Under the pieces are notes generated by a model. That model did no database searches. It was given only the letters and a program-made list of their open reading frames with translations, and was not told the DNA's origin. A DNA stretch of 64,000 nt from Squalus acanthias (lineage: Eukaryota): contig CM059432.1 in the NCBI GenBank assembly GCA_030390025.1, positions 85,190,001 to 85,254,000 of the forward strand. Reading direction: 5' to 3'. Numbering within the stretch: position 1 is the stretch's first letter; each line of letters starts with the position of its first letter. The position numbers and the translations under genes are program-made. Shown here in pieces: positions 27,835-38,976 of this stretch.

Positions 27835-27970
27835 TCAGATCAGAATGATGAAAGGTCGTTGACCTGAAACGTTAACTGTTTCTCTCTCCACAGATGCGGC
27901 CTGACCTGCTGAGCATTTAAAGCATTTTCTGTTTTTATTTCAGATTTCCAGCATCCGCAGTATTTTATTT
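27835..27970 (+). mobile_element. Penelope-like terminal fragment with degenerate hammerhead motif
   Basis: Homologous to the reverse complement of 59770-59910; the core reads ATGATGA...GAAACGTT, so C3 is lost. Confidence 0.6.
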
Positions 27971-27974
27971 TTGT

Positions 27975-29410
27975 GTTAGAATGGGTGGCGCCTTATCTTG
28001 GACCTCGGACGAGGAACAAGATGACCATCAGCAGCAACAACAAACTGCTGTGGAGAGTCCTGCAGATGGTGAGCAGAGAGGGTAGCACTACCTGCGTAAC
28101 AGCATGTACAGGCAGAGCCTCTGCTTCCTTTATCTCTCAGAAGAACAAAGCTTCCGGAGGCTGAGATTGTCATGTCAGATGGTGGCAGACATCTGCAGCC
28201 TCCTTGAAGAACTGCACCCTGTTGGACCCGGTGGTCATGCATTAGCTGTGGCTGTGAAAGTGACCACCGTCCTCAACTTTTTTGCCTCCGGATCCTTCAA
28301 GGGTGCTACCAGAGACATGTCCAGGATCTCCCAGTTGGCTGCATAAGGCGGGTCACTGATGGGTTGTTTGCCAAGGCCAGCAATTATATCAACTTCTCCT
28401 GTGATGACACTAATCAGAATGAGCGGGCGCTTGGGTTTGCGTCTCTGGCTGGCTTCCCGCAGGTGCAAAGTGTCATCGACTGCATATACGTGGCAATCCA
28501 CGCACCTCCAGATCAACCAGGAGTATTCGTAAACCACAAGGGTGCACGTTCCATCATTCCATCACAGTGCAGCTGGTGCACAGCCACAAGAAAAGATTTA
28601 TGCAGGTGTTCATCAGATTCTCAGGGACCTGCCATGATGCTTTCATCCTGCGGCAGTCCAAGCTCCCTGACCTCTTTGGACCTGCAAGCAGAATTAAGGG
28701 TGGCTGCTAGGAGACAAAAAAGAATACCCGTTTGAAACTTGGCTGATGACACCCGTAAGAATCCCAACCAATGAAGCCCAAGAGCGGTACAATGATAGCC
28801 ATATAACAACCAGATGTGTCATTGAGCAAGCGATTGGCATGCTTAAGATGTGCTTCAGGTGCCTGGACAGATCTGGAGGCACCCTTCATTTCTCACCAGC
28901 CAGGGTCTCCAGAATGATCAAGGAGTGCTGCGCTCTACACAACATTGCGTAGCAGTGAAGACTGGAGCTGCAGGAGGAACAAGGCGCTGAGCACATATCC
29001 TTTGCGGATGAAGCAAGGAGGAGGAAGAGGAAGTGGAGGAGGAGGAGGAAGATGGCAACCCCAATGCAGCACCAGTAACTTATACTGCTGCCTGGGATGC
29101 CAGGGGTTCCCTTATAGATGTAAGGTTTGGTTAGTTATCACCACTGGACCGATGTAACAACCACATCTCATCCACCCCCAACCCAATCCCACTCACACAA
29201 AGCATTCCTGCAACCAACCAACCAACCATTGCACAGTCCCCGCTTTGGTCCCCGTCAATTCCTGTCTTCCCATTCATCAACAAGCAACTGAAAAGATGAG
29301 TTGACTCCCAGCAACTAAGAAGGGAAACACGGGAAAGTGGTGCAAAGTAATAAATTTTAAGTAATTCTACTAAAGAATGGAAGTTAACAACATCACATTT
29401 TCTCATACAC
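27975..29410 (+). pseudogene. Harbinger DDE transposase pseudogene; the element resumes after the CR1 at ~33975-34210
   Basis: [36 protein letters not shown] and CCALHNIA. Segment 33975-34210 matches the Myb-gene 3' end seen at ~23790-24050. Confidence 0.85.
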
Positions 29411-29629
29411 CCAGTGTCGGGAGCGGAGAGAGCAGCAGCACAGTGCGTAGTTAAACTCACTTTCGCGGGCTTTTTTGCAGAGGCCAGTGTCAGGAGTGGA
29501 GAGAGCAGCAGCACAGTGAGTATTTAAACTCACTTTCGCGGGCTTTTTTTCAGAGGCCAGTGGCGGGAGCGGAGAGAACAGCAGCACAGTGAGTAGTTAA
29601 ACTCACTTTCGCGGGCTTTTTTTCAGAGG
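29411..29629 (+). repeat. 3 x 73-bp tandem monomers at the CR1 5' end
   Basis: Units start at 29411, 29484 and 29557 (CCAGTGTCGGGAGCGGAGAG...TTTCGCGGGCTTTTTT.CAGAGG). Confidence 0.9.
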
Positions 29630-29938
29630 CTTACCAATCTCACAGACCGGCGGCGGCGTTCCAGAGCCACGTCACAATTCAAAAAGTGACGCGGACAAAA
29701 GGAAGCAGCTGATTGGGTGAGTACTGTCAGGTGAGTATTTATACTACTCTGTAGTTTGACAGGTAAGGTTAATAGTTTATAAAGTTTAGTAGGTCCTAAT
29801 TTTTGTGGTTATAGTTCCTAAGGTCTCTGTTGTGTAGCAGGGAGTGCTAGTATACAAGGGCCCTTGAGTATATCATTTAATTGTAGTGTAATTTGTGGTA
29901 TTGATTTGAGTTAATTTAAATTAATTAAAGGATAAGTC

Positions 29939-30889
29939 ATGGCAGCACAGCTCAGCCCCATGGCATGCTCCTCCTGCACTATGTGGGAAATCAGGGACAC
30001 TTCCTGTGTCCCTGTTGACCATGTGTGCGGGAAGTGTATCCAGCTGCAGCTACTGGCAGACCGCATTGCGGCGCTGGAGCTGCGAATGGATGCACACTGG
30101 AGCATTCGCGATGCTGAGGACATCGTGGATAGCACGTTTAGGGAGTTGGTCACACCGCAGGTAAAGGCTGCACAAGCAGGAAGGGAATGGGTGACCACCA
30201 GGCAGAGTAGTAGGCGCAGGCAGGTAGTGCAGGGATCCCCTGTGGACATCCCCCTCTCAAACAGATATACCACTTTGGATATTGTTGAGGGAGATGGCTT
30301 ATCGGGGGAAGGCAGCAGCAACCAACTTCCTGGCACCATGGGTGGTTCTGCTGCACAGGACGGGAGGAAAAAGAGCGGGAGAGCTATAATGATAGGGAAT
30401 TCTATTGTAAGGGGAATAGATAGGCGTTTCTGCGGCCGCAAACGAGACTCCAGGATGGTATGTTGCCTCCCTGGTGCAAGGGTCAAGGATATCTCGGAGC
30501 GGCTGCAGGGCATTCTGGAGGGGGAGAGTGAACAGCCAGTTGTCGTGGTGCATATAGGTACCAACGATATAGGTAAAAAATGGGATGAGGTCCTAAAAGC
30601 TGAATATAGGGTGTTAGGAGGTAAATTAAAAAATAGGACCTCAAAGGTAGTAATCTCAGGATTGCTACCGGTGCCACGTGCTAGTTAGAGTAGAAATAGA
30701 AGGATATTTCAGATGAATACATGGCTAGAGGAATGGTGCAAGGGGGAGGGATTCAAATTCCTGGGACATTGGAACTGGTTCTGGGGGAGGTGGGACCAGT
30801 ACAAACTGGACGGTTTGCACCTGGGCAGGACCGGGACCGATGTCCTAGGGGGAGTGTTTGCTAGTGCTGTTGGGGAGGGTTTAAACTAA
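29939..30889 (+). pseudogene. CR1 ORF1 (zinc finger/leucine zipper plus SGNH esterase), one premature stop at 30686-30688
   Basis: CSSCTMW...HVCGKC, IGNSIVRG and HIGTND; the frame resumes to DGLHL...VGEGLN* as in the intact paralog at 39652-40602. Confidence 0.9.
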
Positions 30890-33873
30890 AATGGCAGGGG
30901 GTTGGGAACCTGTGCAGGGAAACAGAGGAAAGGGAAGCAAGGATAGAAGCAAAAGACAGGAAGGAGAAAAGCAAAAGTGGAAGGCAGAGAAATCAAGGGT
31001 GTAAATCAAACAGGGCTACAGTAAATAATAATTCTAAAAGGACTAAGAGTGTTAAAAAAACAAGCCTGAAGGCTTTGTGTCTTAATGCGAGGAACATTCG
31101 TAATAAGGTGGATGAATTAGCTGCGCAAATAGATGTAAACGGATATGATATAATTGGGATTACGGAGACATGGCTCCAGGGTGACCAAGGCTGGGAATTC
31201 AACATCCAGGGGTATTCAATATTCAGGAAGGACAGACAAAAAGGAAAAGGAGGTGGGGTAGTATTGCTGGTTAAAGAGGAGATTAACACAATAGTAAGGC
31301 AGGATATTAGCTGTGATGATGTGGAATCTGTATGGGTAGAGCTGAGAAATACCAAGGGGCAGAAAACGTTAGTGGGAGTTCTATACAGACCCCCAAACAG
31401 TAATGCTGAGGTTGGGGATGGCATTAAACAGGAAATTAGAGATGCGTGCAATAAGGGCACAGCAGTTATCATGGGTGACTTTAATCTACATATAGATTGG
31501 GCTAACCAAATTAGTAACAATACTGTGGAGGAGGAATTCCTAGAGTGTATACGGGATGGTTTCCTGCACCAATATGTCGAGGAACCAACTAAAGATCAGG
31601 CCATCTTAGACTGGGTATTATGTAATGAGAAAGGATTCATTAGCAATCTTGTTGTGCGAGGCCCCTTGGGGAGGAGCGATCATAATATGATAGAATTCTT
31701 CATTAAGGTGGAGAGTGAAGTAGTTAACTCAGAGACTAGGGTCCTGAATTTAAATAAAGGAAACTACGATGGTATGAGGCGCGAGTTGGCTAGGGTGGAT
31801 TGGGGAGCATTACTTAAAGGGTTGACGGTGGATAGGCAATGGCAAACATTTAAAGATCGCATGGATGAACTACAGAATTTGTTCATCCCTGTTTGGCATA
31901 AAAATAAAAGAAAAAAGTTGACTCAACCGTGGCTAACAAGGGAAATTAGGGATAGCATAAGATCCAAGGAGAGGACATATAAATTGGCCAGAAAAAGCAG
32001 CAAACCTGAAGATTGGGAGCTGTTTAGGATTCAGCAAAGGAGGACAAAGGGATTAATTAAGAGGGGGAAAATAGAATATGAGAGTAAGCTTGCTGGGAAC
32101 ATAAAAACTGACTGTAAAAGCTTCTATAGATATGTGAAGAGAAAAAGATTGGTGAAGTCAAGAGTAGGTCCCTTGCAGTCAGAATCAGGGGAATTTATAA
32201 TGGGGAACAAAGAAATGGCTGATGAATTAAATACATACTTTGGTTCTGTCTTCACAAAGGAGGACACAAATAAACTCCCAGAGATGTCGGGGAATATAGG
32301 GTCTGATGAGAGGGAGGAATTGAATGAAATCAGTATTTGTAGGGAAATGGTGTTAGGGAAATTGACGGGATTGAAGGCCGATAAATCCCCAGGGCCTGAT
32401 AATCTACATCCTAGGGTACTTAAGGAAGTGGCCCTAGAAATAGTAGATGCATTGCTGGTCATCTTTCAAAATTCTATAGACTCTGGAACAGTTCCCATGG
32501 ATTGGAGGGTAGCTAATGTAACCCCACTATTTAAAAAAGGTGGTAGAGAAAAAATGGGGAATTATAGACCAGTAAGCCTGACATCAGTAGTGGGCAAAAT
32601 GCTAGAGTCCATTATAAAAGATGTAATAGCAGTGCACTTGGAAAACAGTGACAGGATCGGACAAAGTCAACATGGATTTACAAAAGGGAAATCATGCCTG
32701 ACTAATCTACTGGAATTTTTTGAGGATGTAACTGGTAGAATAGCTAAGGGAGAACCAGTGGATGTGGTGTATTTGAACTTTCAGAAGGCTTTCGATAAGG
32801 TCCCGCCTAAGAGATTAGCGTGCAAAGTTAAAGCACATGGGATTGGGGGTAAGGTACTGATTTGGATAGAGAACTGGTTGGCAGACAGGAAGCAAAGAGT
32901 TGCAATAAACGGGTCTTTTTCCGAGTGGCAGGCAGTGACTATTGGGGTACCACAGGGATCGGTGCTAGGACCCCAGCTATTCACAATATATATTAATGAT
33001 CTAGACGAGGGAACTAGATGTAATATCTCTAAGTTTGCAGACGACACAAAGCTGGGTGGGCGTGTGTGCTGTGAGGAGGATGCAGAGAAACTCCAGTATG
33101 ATTTGGACAGGTTGGGTGATTGGGCAGATGCATGGCAGATGCAGTATAATGTGGATAAATGCGAGGTTATCCACTTTGGTGGCAAAAACAGGAAGACAGA
33201 TTATTATCTGAACGGCAATAGATTGGGAAAAGGGGAAGTGCAACGAGATCTGGGAGTCCTTGTGCACCAGTCGCTGAAGGTAAGCATGCAGGTGCAGCAG
33301 GCGGTTAAGAAGGCAAATGGTATGTTGGCCTTCATAGCGAGAGGATTCGAGTACAGGAGCAAGAATGTCTTGCTGCAGTTGTACAGGGCCTTGGTGAGAC
33401 CACACCTTGAGTATTGTGTGCAGTTTTGGTCGCCTTATCTGAGGAAGGATGTTCTTGCCATGGAGGGAGTGCAGCGAAGATTTACCAGACTGATACCTGG
33501 GATGGCAGGAATGATGTATGAAGAGAGATTGGGTCGATTAGGCTTATATTCGCTAGAGTTTTGAAGAATGAGAGAGAATCTCATTGAAACTTATAAAATT
33601 CTAACAGGACTAGACAGACTAGATACAGGAAGGATGTTCCCAATGGCGGGGGAGTCCAGAACCAGAGGTCACAGTCTAAGGATAAGGGGTAAGCCATTTA
33701 GGACTGAGATGAGGAGGAATTTCTTCACCCAGAGAGTGCTGAACCTGTGGAATTCTCTACCACAGAAGGCAGTTGAGGCCAATTCATTAAATATATTCAA
33801 GAAGGAGATAGATATATTTCTTAAGGCTAAAGGGCTCAAGGGATATGGGGAGAAAGCAGGGACAGGGTACTGA
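30880..33873 (+). pseudogene. CR1 ORF2 (APE endonuclease plus reverse transcriptase), one premature stop at 33562-33564
   Basis: LNARNI, ITETWL, GDFN, SDHN, QGSVLGP and FADD. The frame is open from 30880 with no ATG until 31471. Confidence 0.92.
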
Positions 33874-34229
33874 AGTTGGATGATCAGCCATGATCTCATT
33901 AAATGGCGGAGCAGGCTCGAGGGGCCGAATGGCCTACTCCTGCTCCTATCTTCTATGCTTCTATGCTTCTATGCATGTGCATACCCTTGTGCAATTACAA
34001 AGCTTTACTCTTTTTCCTATCGCTCCTGGTGATGCAACGCCTGTGGCTTTAGCCGAGGCAGGGGCAGGCTGCTCAGATCCCTGCTCTGACTGCTGAGATG
34101 CTCTTGGCTGACATGACGGCCCTGCTAAAGACTGCTCCACCTTTACCTGTGCAGGGTATTCAGCAGAGAAGTATGTTGTGTACTGTCTGAGTAGGGGTGG
34201 GGGCAACGGGGCTCAGGAAACTGCCCAGT

Positions 34230-35017
34230 GAAATGAAGGCGAGATTGAGCTGCAGTTCAGGTGGGTATTTAACTTGTCATTGCCCCATCTGAATAAAAGT
34301 TCATTTATTACAGCTGGTGCCTCAGTTCTCTGTGGCAGACATTCGGCAGAGAGTTCTTGTGTTGATATAGCTTTTTCTAACTTTGGAGGCTTTCAAAGTG
34401 ACAAGATCAGGATGGGAGGCGCATTGGATGCATTTGACAGTACCTCAGAAGAGGAAGACCATCACCAGCCACGGCAGCGATGACATGCTGTGGTGGGATA
34501 AGTACGTGCACAGGAGGGAGGTGCACCGGAGAGAGGTGCACAGGAGGGAGGTGCACAGGAGGGAGGTGCACAGGAGAGAGGTGCACAGGAGGGAGGTGCA
34601 CCGGAGGGAGGTGCACAGGAGAGAGGTGCAAAGGAGAGAGGTGCACAGGAGGGAGGTGCACAGGAGGGAGGTGCACCGGAGAGAGGTGCACAGGAGGAAG
34701 GTGCACAGGAGGGAGGTGCACCGGAGAGAGGTGCAAAGGAGAGAGGTGCACAGGAGGGAGGTGCACAGGAGGGAGGTGCACAGGAGGGAGGTGCACCGGA
34801 GAGAGGTGCACAGGAGAGCGGTGCACAGGAGGGAGGTGCACAGGAGAGAGGTGCACAGGGGAGAGGTGCACAGGAGAGGAGCTGAAGTCGCAGGAGGCAC
34901 TATCCAAATAACAGTGCCTGCAGGCAGAAGCTCAGCTTCCTTAACCTCTCAGAAGAGCAGAGCTTCTGCAGGCTTAGGTTGTCACATCAGGTGGTGGCAG
35001 ACATCTGCAGACTCATA
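34230..35017 (+). mobile_element. Harbinger transposase 5' fragment
   Basis: [19 protein letters not shown]...RQKLSFLNLSEEQ...RLRLSHQVVADIC, homologous to ~27980-28200 and to the reverse complement of ~8750-9025. Confidence 0.7.
34506..34880. repeat. 15-bp minisatellite (GTGCACAGGAGRGAG), ~25 units
   Basis: Direct inspection; it explains the VHRRE, CTSLL and CTGGR ORFs. Confidence 0.95.
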
Positions 35018-35910
35018 GGGGGAGAAATTCAGTATCGCCCCATTTGGGGCGCAATTATCGGCCGGGCGCAAAGATTAGCGCCTGGCGCTAATTATCGCCA
35101 CCGACTGCAAACTTGACTTTTATCACCCCTGGAGGTGATTGCAGCGCTAAATCAGGCGCTTCACACCTGTCTTAAGGCGCAAAGGCCGAGGAGCGAGGCG
35201 CTACCTCAGAGCGCTGGCGAAGCTCATGTAATGTCAGTCAGCAATGGAACACACACACAATGGCACGGGCCAGTTCTTAAAGGGGATGGTTAATCTTGCT
35301 TTCCATCCACATCCTGCTCATTGCAGCCTTGAATCTCGGCCTGGAGAGACCGGCACATCAAATCTGCTGGAAAGAACAATGGAGAGTACCAGGCAAAGAG
35401 CTCAGAGTGCAGCCCCCACAGTCTCTTCTAAATCGATACAAGGAATGGCAAATCAAAATGAACCTGCAAAGTGCTGCTCAGTACCCAAAACTCCTTCACA
35501 CAACGTTGAATCTCTCCAGAAGTCTCTCCCTCTCTCTCTCAGAATGCGTAGTTCAAAAATGGCACCAACAATAAAAGGCAGGAAGCGGTCACCTTTAAAT
35601 AGCGCTCCCCCTTTCCCTTCATGACTGCAGAACGCTCCACTCAAACTGTCGTTGCTAGCGTCAGGCGGTAAGGCAGGGGGCGCCACTCAATATCCGCTCT
35701 GGGGCGATGCCGGGGCGTTGCGCATTCGACTGACGTCACGATCTGCCGGCGCAGGAGATCGTGGCGGTAGTGTTTAGCGCCGCCGCAAAATGTCTAGTTA
35801 ATTTCGCGAGCGGCGCAAACTTCGCCGCGCCTGGGCGCCAGATGCCTTGCGCCCCATTAGCACCCTCTTAAGGCGCTAACGGGAGGCGCAACCAACTGAA
35901 TTTTTCCCCC
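35018..35910. mobile_element. Non-autonomous Harbinger (~890 bp), derivative of the 1-2205 family
   Basis: TIRs GGGGGAGAAATTCAGT / ACTGAATTTTTCCCCC; near-identical inverted copy at 55726-56617. Confidence 0.9.
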
Positions 35911-36366
35911 TGAGTGTCTCCGCTTCCACCATTTCCGTCGGCAGTGAATTCCAGGTCCTTACCTCTCGTTGCGTAAAAAAGTTTTTCCCCACATCTCCCC
36001 TGTATCTCTTGCCCAAAACCTTATATCTGTGTCCCCTAGTCCTTGTACCATCAACTAGTGGGAACAGCCTTTCCCCATCTAGCCTATCCAAACCCGTCAT
36101 AATCTTGTATACCTCTATCAAATCACCCCTCAACCTCCTTTGCTCTAATGAAAACAAATCCAGCTTCTCCAACCTGTCCTTGTAGCTAAGATCCCCCATC
36201 CCCGGAACCATTTTGGTAAATCTCTCCTGCACCCTCTCAAGGGCCTTCACATCCTTCCTAAAGTGTGGTGACCAGAACTGGACGCAATACTCCAGTTGTG
36301 CCCTAACCAACGCTTTATAAAGGTTCAGCATAACTTCTCTACTTTTGTACTCAATATCTCTATCTA

Positions 36367-36481
36367 AGAATGTGATGCGGAGATTGTAACTTTACCTGAC
36401 GAAGGGGCGAAGGAGCTCCGAAAGCTTGTAATTTTAAATAAATCTGTTGGACTATAACCTGGTGTTGTGCGACTTCTCATT
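36367..36481 (+). mobile_element. 115-bp Penelope-type terminal insert
   Basis: 8-bp TSD TCTATCTA (36359-36366, 36482-36489); contains a hammerhead motif followed by AATAAA. Confidence 0.75.
36392..36431 (+). ncRNA. Minimal type I hammerhead ribozyme
   Basis: UUAC-CUGACGA-A-GGGGC-gaagga-GCUCC-GAAA-GC-UU-GUAA: core boxes, stem I UUAC/GUAA, stem II GGGGC/GCUCC, palindromic stem III AAGCUU. Confidence 0.75.
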
Positions 36482-38245
36482 TCTATCTATGAAGCCCAAG
36501 ATCCCATATGCTTTGCTAACTACTCTCTCAATATGTCCCGCTACCTTCAGGGACCTATGCACATTAACTCCCAGGTCCCTCTGTCCCTGCACACTCTTTA
36601 AAACTGTGCCATTAAGTGTATATTGCCTCTCCCTGTTCCTTCTGCCAAAATGCATCACCTCACACTTCTCTGTATTAAATTCCATCTGCCACTTGTCTGC
36701 CCATTCTGCTAGCCTTACTATGTCCTGTTGCAGTCGATTGGTATCATCCTCACTGTTTGCCACACCCCCAAGTTTGGTGTCATCAGCAAATTTAGAAATT
36801 CTACTCTGTATTCCAATATCCAGGTCATTTATATATATCAAAAAAAGCAGTGGCCCCAGCACTGACCCTTGGGGAACACCACTGTCTACCATCCTCCAGT
36901 CTGAAAAACAGCCATTTACCACAACTTGCTGTTTTCTGTCCTTAAGCCAATTCCTTATCAAAGCTGCCACTGACCCAACTATTCCATGAGCCTCAATTTT
37001 GTTAACCAGCCTTCTATGTGGTACTTTGTCAAACGCCTTCCTAAAATCCATGTAGACAACATCCATTGCATTCCCTTCATCAATCCTCTCTGTTACTTCA
37101 TCAAAAAATTTAATTAGTCAAACACAATCTGCCTTTTACAAATCTGTGTTGGCTCTCCTTAATTAGCTTAATCCTCTCGAAATGCAGGTTTATTTTTTCC
37201 TTGATTATTGTTTCTAAAATTTTACACACCACTAATGTTAAACTGACCGGCCTGTAGTTACTAGGATTGTCCTTACACCCTTTCTTGAACAATGATGTCA
37301 CATTTGCCACTTTCCAATCCTCAGGCACCTCCCCCACATCAAGGGAAGATTGGAAAATTATGGCAAGCCCTTCCGCTATCTCCTCCCCCAATTTCCTTAG
37401 CAATCTGGGATGCAAGCCATCTGGACCAGGCGACTTAGCCACTCTAAGCATACCCAGCCTTTCTAGTACATCCTGTCCATCAATTTTCACCCCTTCCAGT
37501 GCTTCTACCTTTTCCACTTCTACCGATATTTTGTCAGCATCCACCTCCTTAATAAACACCGATACAAAGTACTCATTGAGTATTCTAGCCTTACCCTGCG
37601 CCTCTAAGCATATATCATCTTCTTTGTCCCTAATAGGCCCCACCCTGCCTCTTACTACCCGCTTACTGTTTACAAGCCGGTAGAAGATTTCTGGGTTCCC
37701 TTTTTTGTTAACCGCCATTCTACTCTCATATTCTCTCTTTGCCAATCTTATTTTCATCTTCGCTTCCCCTCTCAACCTATTGTATTTGGTCTGGTTCTCT
37801 CTTGAAGAATTCATCTGACATGCATCATACACCCTCTTTTTTTGTTTCTCCATCTTCTCTTTCTCCCTCGTCATCCAAGGAGCCCTTGCTTTGTTTCCCT
37901 TACCCTTTCCTCTTGTTGGAATGTACCTAGCCTGTACTTGGAACATCTCCCTCTTAAAGATCACCCATTGTTCCGTTACAGTTTTTCCTGTCAGTCTTTG
38001 GTTCCATTTTACCTTAGCTAGATCCTTTCGCATCCCATCGAAGTTAGCCTTATTCCAGTTTAGAAGTTCCACTTTAGATTGTTCCTTGCTCCTCTCCATT
38101 GCTAATCTAAATCTTATGATACGATGATCACTCGTACCCAAGTGTTCTCCCACAGACACTTGGTCAACCTGGCCCATCTCATTCCCCAGCACCAAATCCA
38201 GCAATGCCTCCTTCCTAGTTAGACCAAGAACATATTGGTCAAGGA

Positions 38246-38976
38246 GCATAGAAGCATAGAAGATAGGAGCAGGAGTAGGCCATTCGGCCCCTCGAGCCTG
38301 CTCCACCATTTAATGAGATCATGGCTGATCATCCAAATTCAGTACCCTGTCCCTGCTTTCTCCCCATATCCCTTGATACCTTTAGTCTTAAGAAATATAT
38401 CTATCTCCTTCTTGAATATATTTAATGAATTGGCCTCAACTGCCTTCTGTGGTAGAGAATTCCACAGGTTCACCACTCTCTGGGTGAAGAAATTCCTCCT
38501 CATCTCAGTCCTAAATGGCTTACCCCTTATCCTTAGACTGTGACCTCTGATTCTGGACTCCCCCGCCATCGGGAACATCCTTCCTGCATCTAGTCTGTCT
38601 AGTCCTGCTAGAATTTTATAAGTTTCAATGAGATCCCCTCTCATTCTTCGAAACTCTAGCGAATATAAGCCTAATCGACCCAATCTCTCATACGTCATTC
38701 CTGCCATCCCAGGTATCAGTCTGGTAAATCTTCGCTGTACTCCTTCCATGGCAAGAACATCCTTCCTCAGATAAGGCGACCAAAACTGCGCACAATACTC
38801 AAGGTGTGGTCACACCAAGGCCTTGTACAACTGCAGCAAGACATCCTTGCTCCTGTACTCGAATCCTCTCGCTATGAAGGCCAACATGCCATTTGCCTTC
38901 TTAACCGCCTGCTGCACCTGCATGCTTACCTTCAGCGACTGGTGCACAAGGACTCCCAGATCTTGTTGCACTTCCC
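38246..38976 (-). mobile_element. 5'-truncated CR1 (same family as 29411-33974) nested in the second-family CR1
   Basis: TSD CAAGGA at 38240-38245 and 38977-38982; (CTTCTATG)n tail. Confidence 0.9.

Larger units (their letters stand above)
29411..33974 (+). mobile_element. Full-length young CR1 LINE
   Basis: 5' tandem monomers, ORF1, ORF2 and a (CTTCTATG)n tail; only one nonsense codon per ORF. Confidence 0.95.

Noticed and set aside
34383..35018. Repetitive ORFs (VHRRE, CTSLL, CTGGR) as novel proteins
   Set aside because: By-products of a stop-free 15-bp minisatellite.
35244..35624. 126-aa ORF conserved in two places (also 56011-56391)
   Set aside because: Two recent copies of the same MITE; no recognisable domain.
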